A stretch of DNA of 64,000 nt from assembly GCA_020184695.1 (NCBI GenBank), contig JAANOX010000258.1, forward strand, positions 372,001 to 436,000, given 5' to 3'. Shown here piece after piece: positions 52,152 through 64,000 of the stretch. The position numbers and the translations under genes are program-made. Numbering within the stretch: the first letter of the stretch is position 1; each line of letters starts with the position of its first letter. A model generated the notes under the pieces. That model was given only the letters and a program-made list of their open reading frames with translations, was not told the DNA's origin and did not search any database. The stretch is from Histomonas meleagridis 2922-C6/04-290x. Lineage: Eukaryota > Protista > Parabasalia.

Positions 52152-52397
52152 ATGGAAAATGAAGATTCAACTCTCCAAAAATTATATGCAAAATATGGAC
52201 CAGGAATGATATATGGAAGAGACACAATTCAATCTTTTATTGATGATTTTAATATTCTCGACAGAGACAAATTCCTCTCTGAATTTCACATGGTTGACCG
52301 AGACGCTGAAGAAGATCGAAATGAAGACATGGAAGAAATGAAAGAACTCGATAAAATCCGAGAGCAACTTAAGGAATATTATCATTTTTTTCATTAA
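52152..52397 (+). CDS. Small acidic hypothetical protein (81 aa)
   Basis: ATG-to-stop ORF with upstream TAACGG (52133) and TCACC. No family recognised. Confidence 0.5.
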   Translation: MENEDSTLQKLYAKYGPGMIYGRDTIQSFIDDFNILDRDKFLSEFHMVDRDAEEDRNEDMEEMKELDKIREQLKEYYHFFH

Positions 52398-52470
52398 TCC
52401 AAAAAGAAGTTGTTTTTTTCCTAAAATAGAAGATATTGTGACACCTCAATTAAAAGCACCATTTTATATC

Positions 52471-55400
52471 ATGCGTGATGTTTTTGTTCCTTTAATTGAA
52501 ACGACACTTAAGCAAAACGCCACAATTAATTGTAAAATATAATTCCAAAGTTAAGTTCTTTTTTACATGAAAATGACCATTCTACTAATTGGGATGTACC
52601 AGAAATATCAGATAAAATCACTAAGTGGTTATTCCAGACATCAATTTTTTTAAAAGATTCAGCAGCGTCAATTGATTCAATTTTTTCGTTTTGGTTTGAT
52701 TTTATTGAACATCGCTCTAAAGCAGAAGACATTCTAATTATGTCGACAGTTCTTCCACATATTCAAGTTTCAGCAGCAATTCTTTCTCGTGTTTCAGAGT
52801 TATATACCAAAGTTAACAATAACATTCCAGAGCTTTCATATAAAACATTTATAAATTTAAACGAATTTACACAAATTTATTGTAAATTACTCAAAAGTGG
52901 AGAAGCAACACCGCATAGCATTGATGAATATCCAACGCGTAAATGTGCGTCGCACAGAGGTTTTCTATACGTATCAGATCCAACGTTTGGCATTGCTAAA
53001 GTCGGCACAGGTTTATGCGGAACAATTCCAGGCTCATTAATTATGCAAAATGACCAATTTCGGTCGAATCCGATTTTCATGTCAATATGTAACGAACTAA
53101 TATTTATTCGATTTTCGAATATGTCATCGAATACAATTAAAATCATTGATATTAATACATTAGAAATCATTAACGAAGTACAAATATCAGAACCATTACC
53201 AGAAGGACCTTTCACATCATATAAAAATGAACTTTATATAATTTCAGGTAATACATTATATACATATATTATTGATTCGACAAATAATGGAAAACTAAAG
53301 TCAAAAATTAATGTAACAATTGAATCAAAGGAAACAGTTTCATCGATATTCGAAAACAAATTTATTGATTTATATTCAGACGAAATTATGCTTCACATAT
53401 CAGTTCCAAACTCAAACAAGACGACATTAATATATTCGATATCGAAAGAAACAGGCGAAACAGAGTACACAGCATATTCGACATTTTTCTCGCCATTTAT
53501 TTCATTTGATTTAGAAAGTGAAACATTAATATCACCGAATGAAAACGGAACATTTAAAATATATAAATATTCGAAATTTTATGATTTTTATTTGATATAT
53601 AAACAATTAATGAAAGATATTTCGAATGTTAATTTTGAAAAATTATTATATTTAATTACATTTAAAATGACATTAAATATTTATTCACAAAATATATTAA
53701 ATTTAAATCTCGAATATAATTTAAATAACTTAGAGCCATTATTAACATTAATTAAATCAATTTTTTCAGAAGAGAATACACAAAAAGAAATCGAAAATTC
53801 GAAAAAATTTTTGGAGCCATCAATTTTAATGTTATATATTTATTATCAAACACGCGAAGTTAAAACATCGAATTTAGATTTTGATACAATTATTAATATA
53901 ATAAAAATCAAAAGATTTAAAATCAAACACTTAAAATTAATTTAATAATTTCAATTATAAATCAGCCAAATAATTTATACTTTGATACAATCGAAAAAAA
54001 TGCGAACTTCTTTTAACAGAATTAACAACAGAAGAAATATATCAAATCTTTTCGAAAGGATTTTGTAATTATTATATATTTATCACAGTTTTAATGACTC
54101 CGAAATTTATTTATATTATTGAAGAATCAGTCAAAGATTCATTAGTAAATTATCCATTTTTATCAACATTACTTATAACAATTAATCGCGGAATATTTCA
54201 AGAATATATTTATTCTCCATCAATAATATTACAATTACTTCCAATATTACAAAAATGTTCTAAATATGTTTTGTCTACATTAATTCCATATATTATTTAT
54301 CCACTTGAAATATATTTAACATCAACAATTATCGATAATTCGATAAGTCAATATATAATTCCATTTGTAAAAGAGTTTTTGAAATATACTACAATTAAAG
54401 ATTTAGAAATATTTGCGAATAAACATAAAAAAGGACGAAATCCATCAAATTCGACAATAGTAATAATCGAAGAAACGCCGCATCCATATGAAAATGGGAA
54501 AAGAAATTGTTAAACATTATAATTTTTCCAGAAGCGCGTTACATTACAATTGATTTTGATTCACAAACAGAAACAGAGCGAAATGCAGATTACTTGCAAA
54601 TATTTACAGATGCCAAAATGGAAAATCCACTTACAGATAAAATGAGTGGTAAATTTGAGAATTGGACATCGCATATTAAAAACTACGTCCACACATTTGA
54701 CATTTAAATTTGTAAGTGATGAATCTATTAATGGCTATGGTTACAAAGCAATTATCACAGCATTTATTACACAGTCAGCGCCATTTTTTTATCGCCGAAT
54801 CCTTTTTATGATTTTGGATATTTTTTCTTTGATATTCTTTATAAATTAACGAGTAAAATTAATGAAATGGGAAATATTTATAAATTTAATATTCCTAAGA
54901 ATATAATAAATGAAAAATTACTTACTAAAGAAGAAAAAGAAAATTTATTAGAACAATTATTAACAATTTATACTAATGAAGAAGATAAAGAAATATTACA
55001 AAAATTATTTGACTCAAATTCAGTATTTCCAATTACATTTTTAATTATTAAATATTTATATGAAAATGATTTAATTAAAGAATTAAGTTTAAATAAATTA
55101 TTAATGATTTCAAATCGACCAGAAAATATAATTTCATATTCAAACATCGAAAAAATTGATTTTTTCAAACAAATTTCTGGATTTCTTTTATTACATCCAT
55201 TAACACATATTACAGAAGAAAAATGTTCATATTTAATCGACACACTTAAAGATACTAAAGAAGGTAAAGAACTTGGACAACAATTAATAGAATCATTTAA
55301 AGATATTGATGTTATTGATAACACTTTAAATGAATTAATAAATATTTCAACGAAATTAATATTAGCGCTTAAATTAGATATAACTATTGATGAAAAAGTT

Positions 55401-58400
55401 AAAAATATCATTAAAAATTATTATGAAAAATTTTCGAATATATTAATAAAAATTGAAGATAAACATATCGAATCATTAATTAATAAATCGAAGTTAGTTT
55501 TTCAATGTATAATTAAGAATAACGACACATTAATATATAAATTTATTTCATATCTTATTGAAATTAATGATAAACGAGAAATAAATTCACCAAAGTTTCA
55601 AATTCCTTATTTAATATTTTTATCTGAAATTCCGAAATATTTAAACCAAACAGAAGAAGTTAAACCAATTTTAACACATTTAATTATATCATTACTAAAA
55701 TTTAATTGTCCAAATATTATATTAAATATATTAGAAATTATTCATAAGTTTAAACTTAAAGCTAAAGTTAATGAATTACCAAATTTTGAAGAATTATTAA
55801 CAATTATTGGTAAAAATTATTTTGAAGAAATTAAATATGAAAATGAAGAACAGTTTTCAATTGGTAAAAATTATTCAATATTAAGAACATATGTATTACG
55901 CGAATTAATTGACTCAAATTCTTTATATGAATTAACGAAATATTTACAAGTGCCGGAGCCGAAAGCATTTAGTTGTTTGTTAATATTATCGCAACGATTT
56001 TTACCAATTCATTTATATCAAAAAGTTCGCTTAATACAAAACAATGAAACATATCGAATCTTTGGGATGGATTATTTCAATTTTCATTTAATTGATAAAG
56101 AAGGTATTAAATTAGATTTCCCAATCCTTAATAATATTAACATGAATTATTATAATTTGAAATTTATACCAATTTATCCGAAATTTATACCGAAACAAAA
56201 CAATGAATTAATTGAAGCAGTTAAACATTTGTTAAATAGTTCATATTCACGACAAGCTAAATTAGCATTAGCAGAATTAAGTTATAATAATTATAATAAT
56301 AATTTGATTAATGAAATTGAAGTAAATAATTTAATCCATAAATTTGAACCATTTAATGAAGAAAATGAAAAGAATTTATATAAATATTTAATCGAAGAAA
56401 ATTCAGAAAAACAAATTTTTATCATTAAAAATAATCAAAATCAAAAATATTTAACATTTAAACCAGAGCCAAATTCATTATTTGGTTATTGTCAAACAAA
56501 TAGTTGTTATACATATACATTTTTAATTGATTCTGATTTACGATTACATGTCTGTAATACAACAATTCAAATCACTAAAGAAGAAATTACATTTGGATTT
56601 ATTGATACATATGATGAAATGTTTATACAAATTGGCGACGAAATTTATTTTCCGAAAGTTTCATTATCAATTTATGGCGAAATTTCACCAATTTTTATCA
56701 GTAAAGAAACGCCGAAAATAGTCAAAAGTAAAAATATTCCAATTTTCTTAATTAAGCCACAAAATAACATTAAACAATTTACGCATATTTATTCAAATAA
56801 AAGAATTACATCATTAAATCATAATCAACGAATTTTATTAAGTTCGAATTCATTTCAATTATTACCAAAGATTCAAACGAAAAATAAATTTTTATATTTC
56901 GAAATATCAGTTGAATCCGAAAGTTTTGATATTTCATTGATAAATGGCATTGATAAATCATTTGAACTTTATAAATATCATATAAATATTAATAATGAAT
57001 TAGTTACGATTGGATTTTATGTTTCATTTGAAGATAAATTTGCATTAATCATTAAAAATAATTCAATTGTTAACGAATCAATAAAAAGAATTGAAATATA
57101 TGAAAGTGTTACAGTTATTATCACATTAGATAATTTGAATTCGATAAAAATTAACAACGGTAATTTACCATTTATATATCAAAACATTGAAAATATTTCA
57201 ATTTCGAATGATTTAATTGTTCAAACTCAAGAGCCTTTAATTGTATCAGATAAATCAATGAATTTAATCACATTAGAAAACATTGATGCGGAACTTGATG
57301 AATTTTATAATTTCGATAATAAAAACACAGATGTTGAACGACCAATTATACTTTCATGTGAAGAAAAACATAAAATTGGATTATTAACCAAACGGAATAA
57401 CATATATTATCATTCGAATACGAATTTCGAACGTAACATTGAACGTAATTCATATTTATCGCCATTAGATAACTTAGAAAATTATGAAAAGTTTTCGCAT
57501 GGAATTGAACGTATCAAGCGAACGATTCCAGAATTTCTAAATCCCGATTTATATAATGAAAACATTCAACATTCAATGTTTAGTGAAGAAAAACACGAAA
57601 CTTTTTATCTTAATATGATAAATGAAAAAGCGAATTCATTAATATTAATTAATGACATTATTAACAATTCCAATAAATATTCAAATGAAAATCTTATAGA
57701 AATAATACCGAAAATAATATCCAATTTTGGTAATAAACAATCAATTCAAGGTAAATATTCGGAAGAAAGTAAAATTATATTTAAATATATTATAAATTCG
57801 AATTTATTTAATTCATTTTTTTAGAATTAACATTAAATACATTAACTAATCCAAAAATTAAAGAAGAAAAATCAATTATTGTGTCATCACAAAACATTAT
57901 TGATGTAGAACGTCCATATTCGGATTTAATTTATATTCGAATTAATAATATTAAATTCTCACAAACGAATATCGAATTTTTAGATTCGCAAAGTAATTGT
58001 AAATATGATTCGATTGTTAAAAATAGTCAAATCACATTAATTGGCGATTTATTTAAGATAAAAGGAATTACATCGAGCGACTTCATAATATTAACAATTT
58101 CACCAATTAATTTGTATGAAAATTATTTATTTGAGTTTTCATTACAATTTATAAATTATTTAATTAAAGTTTCAGAACGAAATGAAAACATTTTGATTCA
58201 ATTACATGAAAAAATATTAATTCCATTGTTTAAATACATATTAAATGATGGGAAAATTATATTTCCTGAAACTTATACAATTTGGTATTATTTAATCTTA
58301 ATAAAACGTAAAATTCCGAAACATATTATTAATGAATATATAAAAATTATATCATTTGAATCAATCAGTAAAATTACGCATTTTACATTAGGAATCACGT

Positions 58401-59964
58401 TAACATTATTTTCTATTTATTGCATCACGAATCAAAGCGACGATTTGGAAATTGTTCGTCAAAACTTTGTTAATACATTAGAACTTCTTATCAATAACTT
58501 TGAAGGTAATTACATCTCTAAACTTGCGATGAATATTTGTATCCAATTAGTATTACCACGCGAAAATAAATTCGAAATTTTAGGTAATGTCTCCAAGCTC
58601 AAGTTGCCAATCATCACCACAGTCACGCTTGACTGTTTCTCTGTTCCGACATTAGTTACCGAAATTTCACCGAAAGAACAAACGAAAGATTTCAATATTT
58701 CGTATGATAACGTTGATAGTTGTGCAATTTATTCGACGAATTTCGTCAATAATTCCATATATGTCAACAACATTGAAGTTAAAGAGCGATTTTCGATTGT
58801 CAAATCTAACAAATTTTTTTACTTTCGTTTAATCAAAATGCGAAAGAGAAATATCCGATTCGAATTATCCCAATTTCACAATTTGGACATTTTACGCCAA
58901 TTACAATTACAAAGATCATTAAAATATATCAAGAATTAGTCAGTCAGCTTACGAATAAGGTCGAGTCGCACATTTACCTCATTGCCGGGCTCCTTCATTC
59001 CAATCACATTCCGACGTCATTAGCGTTAAATAGTTCGATGTTACAAAAAATATTTCCGACAATTTCACCGGAATCAATTTGTTATTTGATCCAAATATAT
59101 TTATACTCCATAGAGAATGGCTTTGATTCATATTGTTCTATCCATAATTTTGAGTTAGAAGGGTTGCGCGAGTTTGTCTTCGACTTAAATTGGAAATTTG
59201 CAAACTCGAGCGAAAGTGTATCGTTCATCAGTAAATTTAAACGTCTTCCATCGAAAATATTCAATTCAATTGAATTCAAAGACTTCTTTCAAAGGTTTAA
59301 CGATTTTTCACTTTTTATCTCAGAAGAACATTTTACAAAATTTCCCATTAAAAAAATTAAATTCGGGAATAGTAAAAAGTACAATTTATAGTCATATAAG
59401 TAACTTAACGAATTCATTATTTATTAAAAATTAATGCAAAAAGTAACTTTTGTTCCCAAATCCAAACGCAAATTCTTTTAACAGATTTTCGAAGCGTTTT
59501 CAGGTTTCGGATTTTTGATGCATTGGGCGTTCACAACTAATTTCCAGATTCCGCTTCAGTTGTCGCGTGTTGTGATTCGTTGCGTTTATGGCTGCAAACC
59601 AATTTTAGATGACTTCGAAGACATCGACAAAGAATTTGCTGAATCGAATCCAACGAACGAAGAAATGGAAAGTTACATATTACCATACGAACGGCAGCTG
59701 AAGGCGATTCGTAATGGCGTCTTCAGAGCGATCGACACGTTTTGCGTGAAAGCGAACGATCCGATGTTTGCGCGCATTTACCAAATGACACCAATTATCG
59801 AAAGTATTCCATATGTCGAAGAGTTGCTCAAAGATGACATTTTGGAAGAACCAATTGTTAGAATTAAAGCGACAGAAAGAACAATGTTTTGGAGCAATGA
59901 CAATGATACGCAGAAATGGAACGAATTAGTAGAAGAAGTGCAAAATGAATTATATTCCAAATAA
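52471..59964 (+). pseudogene. Giant HECTD4/MYCBP2-like E3-ligase-related gene, fragmented
   Basis: Collinear ORFs carry FLYVSDPTFGIAKVGTGLCGTIPG (HECTD4/MYCBP2-type N-region), EETPHPYEN...IIFPEARYITIDFDSQTETERNADYLQIF (CUB-like), a SPRY-like YFEISV and a degenerate HECT-like IPLQLSRVVIR...KPILDDFEDIDKEF. There are several stops and frameshifts and no catalytic C-lobe. Confidence 0.5.
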
Positions 59965-60416
59965 ATATGAATAAAAAGATATAAATTTAATTCTTTAATT
60001 GGTAAAAATTATTATAAAAGTAAAACAATTTTCATTGCAATATCGTCCTTATGTTTTATTAATATATAATAATTTAAGATGATTTTGTAGAATTAAAGTT
60101 TTGTTAAAGAGTTGATATTAATTTTATATCAATTCCACCTCTGATATACAAATTAAAACAAACATACTATTATACATATATATTATAATTTATTATTTAG
60201 CTTGCAAATCAAACAAAATATGTGATTCTTGCCTATATATGTAGATATTGTTATATAATTTCAAAAACAACTGAAATTTAATATACAAAAAAATACTTTT
60301 CAATTATCAAGTGGTGAAAATATAACTTTTATTAAAGAATAATTTTTGTTAAGTTAACTTTTGGAAATGAAAGAATAAAGAAAATATTTAATATCTTTAT
60401 GTATATTGAATCCATT

Positions 60417-61639
60417 TTACATATTACTTTTCCCACAAAGTAAATTAATAATTTCTGTATTACTATTTCTAGATGCGATATCAAGAGCTGTATCAAATAA
60501 TTTACAAATATTATTTCAAAATATCAAGTTATTACAATTAATTTTGTATATAATAGATAAATATCTTTATAAATAACATTAAATTTAATTACTTTTTATT
60601 CAAGTAAAAAATAAAATATTTTAAAATTAATAAATTTATTAGATAAAAATATTTTTATAAGTTCATTGGAATTTTTAATTTTTTCGATTTTATTTTCATA
60701 AAGATATTTAAAGATATCGTTTCGATGAAATTCAATTGCTGTTTTATATGCATCTTCAAATGTTGAATGATTTTGTTCACATAAATGAATTATTTCTTCA
60801 TTTCCACCTGCAACTGCATATTTACCTGCGTTTTTAACATTCGCTCCATTCATAAGTAAATATTTAAAACATTTAACTGAGGAAGAATATGCTGCATAAT
60901 CAATTAATGAAATGTTATATTGATTAATAAAAGAACATCTTTCATAAAGTGATGGTTCAATTATTTGATTAAAATCAAAATTATTTTGTGATGATATTTC
61001 TTGAAGTTTTTCGATTTCATCATTTCGAATTATTTTTGATATTTCATTTGAATTAACTCCTTCTTTGATTAATTTTTTATGAAGTTCCCAATCATTCTTT
61101 GAAAGTTCTTCCTAATTTTTACTCTCATATGGATCATATTGACTCAATGATTTGTTTGGAAAATGATGTGCAAAATAAAATATATTTTTATTCTCAACTA
61201 ATTTTTATGAAATCAAATTCAATTCAATCATTTTTTCGAGAATAAAAATTGATTCCTCTGAGCCTATAGCAAGAAGAAAATCTGCAAACCTATTAATCAA
61301 TTCATTATATTCTTTTTCTTTGATTTCAATTTGCTTCATGAAATTAATATATAAATTAAAATCTCTTCCCAGTGAAAGAAATGCTGAGTATATCAGTCGA
61401 CTGATAATCAAGTTTGCATAAGACGATATATTATTATTTTTTATCAAAACAATGGTTGTATTCATAGATTATATAATATTATCTTCCCTTAAATTAAATA
61501 TAATTTCTTCAAGAGATTCTAAATCTTGTGTAAATTTTCTTGTATTACAACAAAATCAAATTTGAATACATTTCAATGGTCAAAAACTGTTTTTCCCAGA
61601 AAAAAGTTATCGTCATATAGAAAGCTTAGTGTTGTTCAT
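60417..61639 (-). pseudogene. Third DUF3447-type ankyrin pseudogene with one spacer-interrupted module
   Basis: IISRLIYSAFLS, SIFILEKMIE and YAVAGGNEEIIHLCEQN fragments with stops. Then YKDIY | 59-nt spacer | FDTALDIASRNSNTEIINLL. Confidence 0.7.
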
Positions 61640-61951
61640 TCTTAGATTTCCAAGAGTTTAAAAATAACAAAAACCATTATATAAATGACAACCACATGAA
61701 TATGTCATTAATGCATTTTGAGAATTTTGGTTTCGTTCATATACTCACCAATTTTATAAATAATTTAATTTCAAGATTAACGAAATTTTATATAGTTGCA
61801 TTAAATAAATTCCATATTACTTTCTTTTTCTACAAGGCTTTCATATTTTCATTCTCTCAACAAACCAATAATCGTTTTATTTATTGAATTTGCAAGTCAT
61901 TTTCTACATATGTAAAATACGTTATTTAATGGCGCACTTTTTCTTATTTTT

Positions 61952-64000
61952 ATGGAAAATGTGAATTCAAGTGATTCTACTGCAAATAATGAAATTCAAA
62001 TGCTTTCTAATGAAGTTATTTTGTTACAAAATAAAAACATTGAAATTGGTATTCAAAGTCAAGAACTTGCACAACAATTAAAAGAAATTTCAAATTATAA
62101 TTCAACACTTGGGATTGATTTATATCATTTAGATCAAGAACTAATTAATTTAGAAGAAAAACTTGAAGAAAAGCAATCACAAATTAAATCACTTGAAGAA
62201 GAAGCAGATCAATTTACAAAGCAAGCAAATAATTGTAAAGAAGCACTTCTTTCAGATAGTGAATTTTCACCTTATTTGAAAAAACTTCGAAATTTCCAAA
62301 AAATTCATTCGTCTTCTTCTTCAAGTCTTGAAAAACTGAAACACATTGTTGGGAAACCAAAGTTCTCAATGCTCGATTGCGCCCTTCATATTGTCCAAGA
62401 GAAAGTTCAATTTCTTTACAATAGTAATTCAGATCTTCAACAACAAATTTCACTTCTTCTTGATTTACTTCACAATAAAAACATTTCTGACTTCGATCTT
62501 GACATAAACATGATGCGTGAGCTTTCAATTCGTAAGTTTGGGTGGCTTGGCACTGATCACGTTTCGCATGCGCGCACACTTCCACATTCTTCATCACATA
62601 ATATGAATATAAGTAACAAAAGTCAACAAAACACTTTTCAAATTAATTCTAATGAAAATTTAACACATTGCAATTCAACTTTAAATGATAAAATTAAAAC
62701 GAATAAAAAAATAACTTCAAACGAAAGAAAGAACAGCGATGTTACAGATAAACAAATGAAATCACAACATAATAAAGAAACGAAACGAAATTATTCGAAA
62801 ACATTTCCAAATGAAAATATACAAAATCGAAAACAAATTTATGAAAAAGAACTTACGAAAGAAAATAATAAACATAACGAAACATCCGAAACTAAACAGC
62901 AAAATGTAACACATCGAACTTCTTCAACAAATAATTTCAGTTTACTTTACAAATGCAAAAAGAGTCGCGAAACAGGCGAAAAAGTTCTTTCGCGAAGAAG
63001 TCGCGTTCGTAATGAAGAAGGCGAAGAGTACGAATACGAGTACGGCTACGACGAGCTCTCAGACGGCGAAACAATACGAAGCAGAAGGCGCGTGCCTGTG
63101 CAAATGAATGAAATGGAACCAATTTATAGAAACGAATTTGAAGATGTAAATGATCGAAATTCGAATGAATTTGTTCGTGTTCGCATTGTTGAAAGTAGTA
63201 AAGGAATTACATACGAAGACACAGAAAGCGTTGACCCATTAACAGGAAAACGAATTATCACAAGACGCGAAATTGGAACAAATAATGAATATAAATATAA
63301 AGAAAAGAAAAAAGGAAACGAAACAGTTCTCATTCGACATAGTAAAGTTATGATTGATAGTGATAACGAACAGGAATATGAATATGAGTACGAGTACGAA
63401 AGTGATAATGAATATATACGTAGCAAACAGGCGATTAATTCATCAGATGAAGAAATCGAATCAATTAACAAAGATAAAAAACTAAAAAATATGAAACAAA
63501 ACAATGAAATTAAAAGTGAAAAAGCAAATAATCAAAATTCGAAAATCAGGAACATCAACGAAAGCGAAAGTGAATACAATGAATCAGAATCAAATGAAAC
63601 AAAACCAAAGCGAAAAGTTATGAATGCAAATAATGAAATGAGTGATTCTGAAGCAGTAAAATCAAAGTTACATAATGAAAACAGACAAAAATTTACATCA
63701 AAAAAAGGAAAACGAATTCATAGCGATGAAGAAATATTAAACGATAAAAATGCGAAAGAAAAATATAACGAAAATATAAATAATAAAAAGAAAATAAATT
63801 CAACAAAATTAAATAACAAAACAAAAATTACGAATAGAAATTCATCAGCAAGTGATTCAAGTGAAACAAAACACGAAATCAAATCTGAATCAGATGAAAA
63901 CAAAATCAGAAAAAATTCAACAAAAAGTATAAATGATCACAAATATGATAAAAATACACAAAAAGAATCAAAAGGAAATAGCAAAACAAAAATTTCAAAT
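61952..64000 (+). CDS. Large coiled-coil/charged low-complexity hypothetical protein, 3' end beyond window
   Basis: Open frame from ATG 61952 to the window end (683 codons, no stop seen, hence absent from the track). Coiled-coil N-terminus, EYEYEY tracts and a K/N/S/E-rich tail. Confidence 0.75.
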   Translation, partial: MENVNSSDSTANNEIQMLSNEVILLQNKNIEIGIQSQELAQQLKEISNYNSTLGIDLYHLDQELINLEEKLEEKQSQIKSLEEEADQFTKQANNCKEALLSDSEFSPYLKKLRNFQKIHSSSSSSLEKLKHIVGKPKFSMLDCALHIVQEKVQFLYNSNSDLQQQISLLLDLLHNKNISDFDLDINMMRELSIRKFGWLGTDHVSHARTLPHSSSHNMNISNKSQQNTFQINSNENLTHCNSTLNDKIKTNKKITSNERKNSDVTDKQMKSQHNKETKRNYSKTFPNENIQNRKQIYEKELTKENNKHNETSETKQQNVTHRTSSTNNFSLLYKCKKSRETGEKVLSRRSRVRNEEGEEYEYEYGYDELSDGETIRSRRRVPVQMNEMEPIYRNEFEDVNDRNSNEFVRVRIVESSKGITYEDTESVDPLTGKRIITRREIGTNNEYKYKEKKKGNETVLIRHSKVMIDSDNEQEYEYEYEYESDNEYIRSKQAINSSDEEIESINKDKKLKNMKQNNEIKSEKANNQNSKIRNINESESEYNESESNETKPKRKVMNANNEMSDSEAVKSKLHNENRQKFTSKKGKRIHSDEEILNDKNAKEKYNENINNKKKINSTKLNNKTKITNRNSSASDSSETKHEIKSESDENKIRKNSTKSINDHKYDKNTQKESKGNSKTKISN

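Noticed and set aside
3005-63903. Numerous short antisense or alternate-frame ORFs inside larger genes (e.g. 3025+, 13629+, 29538+, 41153-, 54968-, 62214-, 63124-)
   Set aside because: Shadows of the main coding frames with no independent motifs or promoters.
1-64000. Alternative genetic code (TAA/TAG/TGA reassigned) to explain the many broken ORFs
   Set aside because: Long conserved genes have no internal stops and end properly at TAA, TGA or TAG. Most breaks are frameshifts, not stops.

Overview
AT-rich, gene-dense eukaryotic DNA, most consistent with a parabasalid (trichomonad/Histomonas/Tritrichomonas-like). The basis is BspA-like TpLRR genes, DUF3447-type ankyrin genes, a PFOR fragment, Inr (TCAYT) and M3/Myb-like core promoter motifs, the standard genetic code and no canonical introns seen. 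Intact housekeeping genes include CFAP251/WDR66, a Rab, RPC5, SF3B3-like, TM9SF, INCENP-like, ENY2, CNOT1, an RRM protein, RPB6, a TBC RabGAP, a cathepsin-L-like protease and UGGT. They alternate with decaying accessory DNA (BspA and ankyrin family members, a 5'-truncated DD34D mariner that beheads a BspA gene) and bacterial-type metabolic genes (nitroreductase, Fe-ADH pseudogene, DsbA/FrnE-like, GNAT). The most unusual signal: in three separate ankyrin genes, the tandem ankyrin repeats are interrupted at the same loop position (K-[N/D]-[I/V]-x | [F/Y]-x-T-A-L) by a 48-108 nt AT-rich, frame-breaking or stop-containing spacer lacking GT-AG/trichomonad intron consensus. In the 44 kb array, excising the spacers restores 99-nt (33-aa) modules (one is 102 nt). 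This is a candidate non-canonical intron/excision system, unproven from sequence alone. All family calls are from motif recognition by eye; no database searches were run.
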